NCBI GenBank assembly: GCA_018238625.1
Contig: JABCSY010000006.1
Coordinates: 9,704-73,703 of the forward strand
Source: Promethearchaeota archaeon
Lineage (GTDB): Archaea > Asgardarchaeota > Lokiarchaeia > Sigyniarchaeales > SOKP01
Direction: 5' to 3'
Length of the DNA stretch: 64,000 nucleotides
Part shown: piece by piece, positions 21,708 to 30,255 of the stretch
Layout: every line of letters begins with the position of its first letter
Position numbering within the stretch: position 1 is the first letter of the stretch
Program-made: the position numbers and the translations under genes
The notes under the pieces: model-generated
The model's input: only the letters and a program-made list of their open reading frames with translations
The model's database searches: none
Told to the model about the DNA's origin: nothing

Positions 21708-23612
21708 TTGAAAAGTAGTAATGAAATATTTCTGTTAAAATTGGGTGGAAGTTTATTAACGGATAAAAATATTCCTTTTTCTATCCGAACAGAAGTTGTA
21801 AATAGCGCAATTCAACAAATTATAGATGCTAATAAAAAATTGATCTTAATCCATGGAGGAGGTTCCTTTGGACATCCGATCGCTAAAAAATATGGTATTT
21901 CTCAAGGAATCGATATTTCTATTAAAAATCAGATATTTGGGCTAACTAAAACGCACGAAGCGATGATTAAATTCAATTCGCAAATAATTGAAGGATTTTT
22001 GGAAAAAAAATATCCAGCTCTTTCCATTCAACCTTCTAGTATTTTTATCAAACATTTAAACGAGATTTCTTTTGAATCTATCGAGCCAATTGAAACTTCG
22101 CTTGATCTTGGAGTTCTACCCGTTTTATATGGAGACATTATTCTTAATAAAGAAGGCAATTTTTCAATAATTTCTGGAGATCGCATAATTTTGGAATTGT
22201 GTAAAAAATTGAATAAGTATAGCATTTCTAAAGTTATTTTTGCTATTGAAAAAGATGGAATTTTTGTTGAAAGTATTGAAAATGATAAAAAAATCATAAA
22301 ATTAGCCTCAGAAATTAGTCTTGATGAGTTAGATAAAATTAAATTAGCCAATTTAGGAAATAAGATTGATGTTACGGGAAGTATTAGAGGAAAAATACAG
22401 GCTATTAAAGAAATTTGTAGATTAAATATTCCGGTTCAAGTTATAAACGGTCTGACGGATGGTAATATTTTAAAGGCCTTAAGCAGTCAAAAATTAAAAT
22501 GTACGAGCATTAGTGGAATTCACGACGAAAAAAGGTTATCAGAGATTTACATGAGAAAGATAGAACATCTCAAGATACCAATCACATCTAATGTCCAACA
22601 CATAAAAAATTATTTTGACGATATAAAATTAATTCATCATTCGCTTCCGGAAGTAGAACTAAATGATATTGACATCTCAACAATGTTTTTTAATAAAAAA
22701 ATTTCTGCTCCAATTTGTATTTCCGCTATAACCGGTGGCCATCCAATCTCTAAAGCAATAAACAGAATTTTAGCTAAAGCCGCAGAAGAAGAAAACATCA
22801 TAATGAGCGTAGGAAGCCAACGCATAGGCTTGGAAGATCTCTCTACCATTGAGTCTTTTGAGGTTGTTCGCGAAGTTGCGCCTAACATTCCGATAATTGG
22901 AAACATAGGAATCGGCCAAATAAATTCTTCCACCTTTAAAAAAGAAGATTTTATCGAATGTATTGAAATGGTAAAAGCAGATGTAATGGCTATTCATTTT
23001 AATGCTTTACACGAATTGGTCCAAAGCAACGGGAATATTTCCTACAAAAATTTCTTAGAAAAATTTCAAAAATTTCGAAAAGAAATTAACATTCCAATCA
23101 TCGCAAAAGAAGTGGGAACTGGCTTCAATAAGGACTTAGCCTTGAGTCTTGATTCGCTAGGATTCGATGGATTTGATGTCGGAGGCACTGGAGGTACAAG
23201 TTTTGCTGCAATTGAATCTCACCGCGATAATTTTAGTTTTGAAAAATATACGAGAAGACTCGCAGATTCTTTTAGAGAATGGGGTATCCCCACACCTCTA
23301 ACCATTCTTTATGTAAGAGAAGTTACTAAAAAATTGATTATAGCCACTGGTGGACTAAGGAATGGAATAGATATTGCTAAAAGCATCGCATTAGGTGCTG
23401 ATATCGGAGGATTTGCTTATAAATTTCTATTATCCGCTTGGAAAGATTACAACAACAACACTTTTAATCATACAATTAAAGAAATTAAAACATTGAAAGA
23501 CGAGTTGCGTTCTTCCTTATGGTTAACGAACGTAACAAACTTAAAAAAACTTAAGGGCAATAAGGACAAGCGAGTTCTGCTTGGAGAACTCTATCAATGG
23601 GTAAATCAATAG
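21708..23612 (+). CDS. Fused isopentenyl phosphate kinase and type 2 isopentenyl-diphosphate isomerase
   Basis: N-half LKLGGSLLTDK, HGGGSFGH, PVLYGD, SGD, DVTG (IPK). C-half RKIEHL, SAITGG, VGSQR, HFNALHELVQ, KEVGTG, GTGGTSF, ATGGLRNG (IDI-2). Confidence 0.92.
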   Translation: MKSSNEIFLLKLGGSLLTDKNIPFSIRTEVVNSAIQQIIDANKKLILIHGGGSFGHPIAKKYGISQGIDISIKNQIFGLTKTHEAMIKFNSQIIEGFLEKKYPALSIQPSSIFIKHLNEISFESIEPIETSLDLGVLPVLYGDIILNKEGNFSIISGDRIILELCKKLNKYSISKVIFAIEKDGIFVESIENDKKIIKLASEISLDELDKIKLANLGNKIDVTGSIRGKIQAIKEICRLNIPVQVINGLTDGNILKALSSQKLKCTSISGIHDEKRLSEIYMRKIEHLKIPITSNVQHIKNYFDDIKLIHHSLPEVELNDIDISTMFFNKKISAPICISAITGGHPISKAINRILAKAAEEENIIMSVGSQRIGLEDLSTIESFEVVREVAPNIPIIGNIGIGQINSSTFKKEDFIECIEMVKADVMAIHFNALHELVQSNGNISYKNFLEKFQKFRKEINIPIIAKEVGTGFNKDLALSLDSLGFDGFDVGGTGGTSFAAIESHRDNFSFEKYTRRLADSFREWGIPTPLTILYVREVTKKLIIATGGLRNGIDIAKSIALGADIGGFAYKFLLSAWKDYNNNTFNHTIKEIKTLKDELRSSLWLTNVTNLKKLKGNKDKRVLLGELYQWVNQ

Positions 23613-24160
23613 CCCCCCCATCTCTTTATCCCGCTTTCAATACCTATTTGATCAAGTATTCTTCCTACGAAATAATTATTTAGTTCATTGATATTTTTAG
23701 GTTTAATATAATAAGAAGGAATTGGTGGCGCGATTATAACTCCAATTCTTGCTAATTTAAGCATATTTTCAAGGTGTATCGCGCTAAAAGGAGTTTCTCG
23801 AACTACTAATACGAGTTTTCTTCGTTCTTTAATTGTTACATCTGCGGCTCTGGTTATTAAGTTATCTGCATAACCGTTAGCAATAGAAGCCAAAGTTTTC
23901 ATCGAGCACGGAATAATTACCATAGCATCAATTTTATAAGAACCACTGGCGGGGTTTGCCGTTAAATCATTAACATCGTAATGTTTTGTTGATAAATCAA
24001 TAATATCATTTAGCTTGAAATCAGTTTCAATGTCAATGATTTTCTCAGCTACTCTTGATATTATTAATTCAGTTACAACTTCTTTTTTCTTCAGTTGTTG
24101 TAGCAAGATAATCGCTAGGTTAGCCCCACTAGCGCCCGTGATAGCAACTAACAAAACCAA
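23606..24160 (-). CDS. ubiX: Flavin prenyltransferase
   Basis: VAITGASG, ASGS, PCSMKTLASIANG, RAADVTIKERRKLVLVVRETP. Confidence 0.95.
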   Translation of the reverse strand: MVLLVAITGASGANLAIILLQQLKKKEVVTELIISRVAEKIIDIETDFKLNDIIDLSTKHYDVNDLTANPASGSYKIDAMVIIPCSMKTLASIANGYADNLITRAADVTIKERRKLVLVVRETPFSAIHLENMLKLARIGVIIAPPIPSYYIKPKNINELNNYFVGRILDQIGIESGIKRWGGY

Positions 24161-24444
24161 TATTTTTCACCACTAGAGTTTAAGGTATTTTAATTATTAA
24201 TTATTCTTTAATTATTTATAGTTCTTATCTATTTTCTCTAAATTATGATAAAAAAAAAATATTGAAAAAGTTAGTGGAATTAATGAAAAGTTAAATTGGG
24301 ATGGTTCATTTAATTACTAAGATGTTAATTACTTTAGTTATAATTCATCTTATTTAGGTTATTATACATCAACTTAACACAAATATTTTGAGGAGATAAA
24401 TTATTAGCCAAGAAAACCTTGATGATAAGCTTATAATTCGGGAT

Positions 24445-25026
24445 TTGGTGGAACACCATCGCGAGGATGACCTTAGATGTTCTTATAAAGTTGTAAATAT
24501 TGTAGCTACAGTTATTACCGAAATTGATGCTTCGATTGATTTAAACCAAATAATTCAAGAACTCTCCAACGTGGAATATCATCCTGATCGTTTTCCAGGC
24601 CTAATTATGAGAATTGAAAATCCACATGCTACTTTATTAATTTTTTCTTCGGGTAAAATGGTAATTACTGGTCTTAAAAAAACCGTAGATGCTAACTTGG
24701 CAGCTCAACAAGCAGTTGAAAAGTTGCAGAACATCGGATTTAATATAAAAAACCCAAAAGTTACCATTCAAAATTTTGTAGCAACTAGTAGTCTGAATAT
24801 TAATGTTGATTTAAACATGTTAACTATTATGATGGACAATGTTATGTACGAACCTGAAGTATTTCCAGCAGCAATTTACAAAATGCCAGTTCCAAAGGTA
24901 GTTTTCTTAATTTTTTCGTCTGGCAAAATAGTATGTTTAGGTGCTAAAGTAAAGGAAACAATTGATGAAGCTATACCGATACTAATTAAACAACTTAGTG
25001 AATCTGAGGTTACAGATTTATTTTAA
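24445..25026 (+). CDS. tbp: TATA-box binding protein
   Basis: Two direct repeats: VNIVAT...YHPDRFPGLI...IFSSGKMVITG and QNFVAT...YEPEVFPAAIY...IFSSGKIVCLGAK. Confidence 0.93.
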   Translation: MVEHHREDDLRCSYKVVNIVATVITEIDASIDLNQIIQELSNVEYHPDRFPGLIMRIENPHATLLIFSSGKMVITGLKKTVDANLAAQQAVEKLQNIGFNIKNPKVTIQNFVATSSLNINVDLNMLTIMMDNVMYEPEVFPAAIYKMPVPKVVFLIFSSGKIVCLGAKVKETIDEAIPILIKQLSESEVTDLF

Positions 25027-25050
25027 AAGTATTTTAAAACAATAGAGCTA

Positions 25051-26313
25051 TTACAAAAAGGAAATCATATCTTTTATTGCTCGGCTCACTAAATAAAGTT
25101 GTATATTTCTAGCCCCACCAATAATCTCTTGCACTTTTGCAACCTCTAAAGCTTTATCGATTCGTAGGTTATCTGTGAAAGCAATTCCTCCGCATAATTG
25201 CTGAGTCTCATACGAAATTTTGTGAGCTAAGTTCGAGGCAAGGAATTTCGCTCCTGAGCTAAACGATGCGTTGTACTTTATGTATTTTTTCTCTTCAAAA
25301 TGTTGGCGTTCTATAGTCTTATCGTATTCTGTTGCGCTTGTGAAACCTAACTCCGTAGCGGCCATTAACTCCGTAATTAGCTGAGTAATGGGGAAAGAAA
25401 CACCTTGAAAGTCGTATATCGGGCGATTAAATTGAGATCTTATGTTTGTATATATAAGAGCCGTAATTGCAGTAAGCCAAGCGATACCAAGGCTAGAACC
25501 TATAATAGCGCACCTTTCAGCAACTAACCCAGAAAAAAGGTTCTTATATCCTTGACCTTTAGCCCCAAGAACATTTTCTTTGGGAATTTTAACTGAATTA
25601 AAAATTGTTTGTCCAATTTCTACCCGGGGAACGGATTGAATGCCAAGCCTGTTAGTTTCTAAACCTTCAAAACCTCGCTCAACAATTACTTGGTACATTG
25701 TGCCTCGAGGATTTGATGTGTCTGATACGCCATAAACTATGAAATAGTCCGCGTTAGGTCCATTTGTCGTGTATAATTTTTCCCCATCCATAATTAGATA
25801 ATCTCCCTTTTCCTGAATTTTAGTTTTCATATTAACCGCATCAGACCCTTGGTACTTTTCCGTTATACATATACAACCAATCTTTTCACCCGTTACGATT
25901 TGATGTAAAACCTCAGTGATACGCTCGCTTTTACCAAATTGGAATAAAGGATTTGCAAATATTACGCCAGTTACTACTCTTGCCAAGTCTAGTTCAGGAT
26001 CGACGATCGAGGTTGCCATAGCTAATAACATCTCATATCGCATATTACACCTATTACAATCACCAAAATTATTTAATCTTTGAATGTAATTTTTTTTCCC
26101 AAGAATAGGAAAAAGCTCATACACCTCTGTGTTGAGGTCTATATTAGGTTCAATATGTTTAAGCAGAAAAAGTTCTAATTCTTCTAAAAAAGCTCTCTCT
26201 TCTTCGGTAATGAGGGGCATAATAAAATTATTAAAAATTTTATAGATATTTTTAGTTGTTAATTTTTCCTTTACTTCTTCGTCTAAAATATCTACTCCAG
26301 TTATTTTTTTCAT
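25051..26313 (-). CDS. Acyl-CoA dehydrogenase family protein
   Basis: CITEKYQGSD, GEKLYTTNG, RSQFNRPIYDFQGV, QLCGGIAF, EIIGGARNIQ. Confidence 0.9.
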   Translation of the reverse strand: MKKITGVDILDEEVKEKLTTKNIYKIFNNFIMPLITEEERAFLEELELFLLKHIEPNIDLNTEVYELFPILGKKNYIQRLNNFGDCNRCNMRYEMLLAMATSIVDPELDLARVVTGVIFANPLFQFGKSERITEVLHQIVTGEKIGCICITEKYQGSDAVNMKTKIQEKGDYLIMDGEKLYTTNGPNADYFIVYGVSDTSNPRGTMYQVIVERGFEGLETNRLGIQSVPRVEIGQTIFNSVKIPKENVLGAKGQGYKNLFSGLVAERCAIIGSSLGIAWLTAITALIYTNIRSQFNRPIYDFQGVSFPITQLITELMAATELGFTSATEYDKTIERQHFEEKKYIKYNASFSSGAKFLASNLAHKISYETQQLCGGIAFTDNLRIDKALEVAKVQEIIGGARNIQLYLVSRAIKDMISFL

Positions 26314-26401
26314 TCTAAGCTCTATTCCTTATTATTTCATCTTTTTTATTTACTTTTTCAGTTTATTAAGTAAAATGAAGGATAAAATCCTTACTCTCTC
26401 T

Positions 26402-26833
26402 TTAGGGATTCTTAGGGATAGGATCTATGACTTCAAGTCCGGATATTCTTTTGAAAGCATTATCGTGCGTACAAATCTTTTTAATTCCTTTCTTTTTTAA
26501 AAAAGATAGGATAGTAGCATCTCGGCTTCCTATTCCCAAATGAGTATGATCACATAGTTCAGAAAAGATAGATCCTAAATCTTCAAAGAGTAAATTACCA
26601 AAATAAAAATCTATCGATGAGAAAATTTCCCATTTCTTTTTTGCAACAGATACACCTAATTTTTTGACTAGATAATGCATCGTTTCAATCATTATAACTG
26701 TATTTACAGCAATTGTGTAATTATCATAAATCTCATCAAAAAACTTCTTGACATAAGGATGTTCTGGAGTTGTTTGATCAAAAAGATAAACCCAAAAATT
26801 AGAGTCAATAAAGATTATTCTTTCAGTTTCCAT
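26402..26833 (-). CDS. vapC: PIN-domain toxin (VapC-like)
   Basis: IFIDSNFWVY, E in IETMH, RDATIL, THDNAF. Confidence 0.88.
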   Translation of the reverse strand: METERIIFIDSNFWVYLFDQTTPEHPYVKKFFDEIYDNYTIAVNTVIMIETMHYLVKKLGVSVAKKKWEIFSSIDFYFGNLLFEDLGSIFSELCDHTHLGIGSRDATILSFLKKKGIKKICTHDNAFKRISGLEVIDPIPKNP

Positions 26834-27054
26834 ATTTTTTTAATCGACTCCGGTGTGGGTGTTTCTTCTGAAGGAATTTTTATGCATCCAACAAGTTCTT
26901 TAAAAATAATTTCCTTAGATGGTTTCTTATATAATATTATCTTATCTGAATTTGTGGTAACTGTTAATTTATCACCAGTCTTTATTCCTAATTTCTTTCT
27001 TACTTTAGATGGAAGCGTTAATCTTCCTCTTTCATCAATTTCGATTTTTCCCAT
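26815..27054 (-). CDS. AbrB/MazE-type antitoxin
   Basis: IEIDERGRLTLPSKVRKKLGIKTGDKL; overlaps vapC. Several in-frame ATGs upstream make the start uncertain. Confidence 0.85.
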   Translation of the reverse strand: MGKIEIDERGRLTLPSKVRKKLGIKTGDKLTVTTNSDKIILYKKPSKEIIFKELVGCIKIPSEETPTPESIKKIWKLKE

Positions 27055-27114
27055 ATTATTTCCCATATCACTACCCATACCCATTATAATACCCACAAAT
27101 ATTTAAATTTATGC

Positions 27115-28182
27115 TCAAAATTTCCTTTCTAACACAAATTTTAATAGGTTTTCATAAAACTCTAACTCAGAATTCTGAATAACTGGCTTTAATTTTTCAA
27201 GGGCAACTTTCGCTTCTTTATAATAAATATCTGCAAGCTTTTTACTACGATTAATGACATCTGCTTTAAGAAACAATTCTCTTACTTCTTGAACTTCCTC
27301 TTGAGTCATATTAATGCTTTCGAGTAATTCATTGAGTCTGATTTTATCATTATCTTTTAGCGTATTATTGGCCTTTATTAATAAACATGTTTTTTTTGAT
27401 TCTCTAATATCTCCGTCTATTGGTTTTCCCGTTGTTGTTTCATCACCAAAGGTTCCTAAAATGTCGTCTATTATCTGGAATATAATTCCTAAGTTTTTTC
27501 CATAAATAGATAAATATGATTTATATTTTTCTTCCACTTTTGCGTAATTAGCACCAATTAATATCGATTTTTCTAGTAATGCTCCCGTTTTAAGAGAAAC
27601 CATGTGGATATAATCTTCCATTTTTAGATTTTTCTTGTTTACCATATCAATTTCGATCAAAACACCATTTGCTATTTCTCTAAAAGCATGTTCGTAATAT
27701 TGAATTGCTCTGAGATTTAAGTTATTATCAAAATTGTTAAAAAAAAAAGCTTCTATACCTAGAAAAAATGCGGAATCTCCCCCAATAATACCTATCGAAT
27801 TACCATAATCTTCAGCTGCTATTTTTTTAAGCCTATTTTCTAAGTAAAATTGCCTAAATCTATAATGAAACGCGGGTTTTCCTCGTCTAAAATTATCCTT
27901 ATCAATAATATCATCGTGGATTAAAGTAGCGTTATGTAGGAATTCGACACCAACGCTTGGGAAGATAATATCGTCGTTTTGTTTTTCACTAAAAGCGTTA
28001 TAAGTAGCGATACAAAGTAATGGACGAATTCTTTTTCCTCCCGCTAAGAAATAGTCTCGTAATTCTGAATAATAGGCTTTTAAGAACGAAATCTTTACTT
28101 CTTTTAATTGTCTATTATAGATTAATGCTATTGCATCGTTTATCTTAGGTTTATAAAAACTCACGTATTCAGTAAATTTCAT
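27115..28182 (-). CDS. Polyprenyl (geranylgeranyl) diphosphate synthase
   Basis: GGKRIRP, LIHDDIIDKDNFRRG, LKTGAL, FQIIDDILG, GDIRESKKT. Confidence 0.92.
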   Translation of the reverse strand: MKFTEYVSFYKPKINDAIALIYNRQLKEVKISFLKAYYSELRDYFLAGGKRIRPLLCIATYNAFSEKQNDDIIFPSVGVEFLHNATLIHDDIIDKDNFRRGKPAFHYRFRQFYLENRLKKIAAEDYGNSIGIIGGDSAFFLGIEAFFFNNFDNNLNLRAIQYYEHAFREIANGVLIEIDMVNKKNLKMEDYIHMVSLKTGALLEKSILIGANYAKVEEKYKSYLSIYGKNLGIIFQIIDDILGTFGDETTTGKPIDGDIRESKKTCLLIKANNTLKDNDKIRLNELLESINMTQEEVQEVRELFLKADVINRSKKLADIYYKEAKVALEKLKPVIQNSELEFYENLLKFVLERKF

Positions 28183-29302
28183 ATAGACTCACTTGATCCA
28201 TTAAATTTTTCATGGCTATTACTGAACTACGATGATTTTCCCACAACGATAAGAATTTCTTCAAATTTTCATCACTTTGAAAAATCTTGTCTCTTAAAAT
28301 CCGTTTTGCTTTTAAAACTCTGAGAAATTTATTGTCTAAAATTCCTTCATAAATAGAACCTAATTTATCTAACTTGTCTTTTTCTTCGCATGTTTTAATA
28401 GCGTCAATAGCAAATTGACCCGACATCATGGCATAGGGTATCCCTTTTCCAGAAATTGGGTCTACGATTCCTCCAGAATCACCTATAGCAAAAACTTTAT
28501 CTTCATATAATTTAGATCTTAACCCAACGGGAATTAAATGGGGTTTAAAGATTTCCATTGTTGAATTTTTTAGCGCTAGTTTTACAAATGGAAGCTCTAG
28601 AAATTTTCTAAATTCTTCTCTTGAATTTTTCACTAAATTAATTTGATTACCCCATCCTACTGTAATCCTCTCAGTTTTTGGAAACAACCAAGCGTAACCA
28701 ACACGAATAAGGCTTTCAATACCAAAAAACAAATGAACTGTATCATGTCCAAGAGTTTTATCTATATTGGACTTAGTAGTTTTCATCTCTTGAGTAATCG
28801 TTAAAATTAAGTCTTCACTTTTGAAAAAAGGCCAATTTAGCAATTTTAAAGTGGGCGAAGTAACGCCATCAGCGGCAATTATGTATTTTGCAGTATATTT
28901 TTCTCTGTTAGTACTGATATTGTAAAAGGTATCAACTTTTTCAATGTTAATCATAAGCTCTTTCTCTTTTAATAAGGCTCCACTATCAACAGCCATGTCA
29001 GTTAAAAATTTATCAAAAGTGCTTCGCCAAACGACAGCACCTTTACCTTTTTTAGAATAAGTTTCTCCGTCAACATGGTGCAATTCTAAAGATTCAATAA
29101 CCCTACCAATTTTATCTTCTGGGTAGTTTATTTCGTCTATTAGTTCCCATGCCGTAGCTCCTCCACACGCTTTATATCTTCCTTTCTCACCAAGCGTTTC
29201 TTTTTCAAGGATACAGGTTGAATACCCGTTTTCGGAGGCTACTTTAGCTGCAACAGAACCTCCTGGTCCTGCGCCTATGATAATAATATCAAAATTTTTC
29301 AT
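28169..29302 (-). CDS. Geranylgeranyl reductase family flavoprotein
   Basis: IIGAGPGGS, KACGGA, IAADGVTS, GYAWLFPK, GDSGGIVDPISGKGI. Confidence 0.88.
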   Translation of the reverse strand: MKNFDIIIIGAGPGGSVAAKVASENGYSTCILEKETLGEKGRYKACGGATAWELIDEINYPEDKIGRVIESLELHHVDGETYSKKGKGAVVWRSTFDKFLTDMAVDSGALLKEKELMINIEKVDTFYNISTNREKYTAKYIIAADGVTSPTLKLLNWPFFKSEDLILTITQEMKTTKSNIDKTLGHDTVHLFFGIESLIRVGYAWLFPKTERITVGWGNQINLVKNSREEFRKFLELPFVKLALKNSTMEIFKPHLIPVGLRSKLYEDKVFAIGDSGGIVDPISGKGIPYAMMSGQFAIDAIKTCEEKDKLDKLGSIYEGILDNKFLRVLKAKRILRDKIFQSDENLKKFLSLWENHRSSVIAMKNLMDQVSLYEIY

Positions 29303-29471
29303 AAGTTTTTCGACCTTTTATTTTATTTAGAAGTTAGCTAAAAAGTTGATGATACTATAAAAAGAGTATCACATAACCAATATTATTAAAAATAGATATA
29401 TTTTAAACTGGATTTTAGGATTTTTAAATAATAAAAGTAAATTTTAAATGGCGAAAATTAGATAAATATAT

Positions 29472-30221
29472 ATGAGTTATACTCCATTTGAACTGCGTGT
29501 AATGCCACTCTTTTTTTATTACCTACTGCTTTCTGGGCTAGGGCTCCTACTTACAATAAAAATGTTTTTGAAATGGCGCGAAAGGAAAGTACCTGCTCCC
29601 TTATATTTGACTCTCGTTTTTATTTTTCTAACTACCGCTTTGGTAGGACTTACAATAGGCTTGTCTGAGGCCGTAATTACGGGATTTTATAAAGAAATAT
29701 ATAGAATCTCTTTACCATTTGCTTATGGTATGGTTCTTTTTGCAGATTTCTTTTTGTTTCTTTTCGTGAGTCAGATAACAGAAAAAGGAAGAAAGGTGCT
29801 TATCCCGTTATTTATTATAGGGATAGGTGTATTCATTATGCTATTTTTACCTTGGAATTGGTGGGGGGTACCTCCTGAAGACTATGAAGGCTTATTAAAT
29901 ATTAGAATATACTCAACGTTGAGTCTAATATTATATTCATATGTTATTTACGTTTTAATCGCCATTACATGTCGTAAGGCAATGAAAAAAACAGATGACA
30001 AGATAACTTCTACAGGCTTAAATTTATTATTTTATTCAATGATCTCTATGATTCTTTTCTTTCTAATGTTTATTGGGGATACTTTAATGATACAACTATT
30101 CGATCATCCCGGTTACTCTGAGTTTGTTTATGTTGCTTGGATATTTGCTATAATCTTTTATGTTTTATCTTATTTATCGCTGGTTATGCCTAAGTGGCTT
30201 GTTAATCGGATTGAAAAATAA
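29472..30221 (+). CDS. Multi-pass membrane protein (about 7 hydrophobic segments)
   Basis: 249-aa ORF with regularly spaced hydrophobic stretches. Confidence 0.7.
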   Translation: MSYTPFELRVMPLFFYYLLLSGLGLLLTIKMFLKWRERKVPAPLYLTLVFIFLTTALVGLTIGLSEAVITGFYKEIYRISLPFAYGMVLFADFFLFLFVSQITEKGRKVLIPLFIIGIGVFIMLFLPWNWWGVPPEDYEGLLNIRIYSTLSLILYSYVIYVLIAITCRKAMKKTDDKITSTGLNLLFYSMISMILFFLMFIGDTLMIQLFDHPGYSEFVYVAWIFAIIFYVLSYLSLVMPKWLVNRIEK

Positions 30222-30255
30222 AATACAAAAATAATTTTTTTTTATTTAATTTTAT

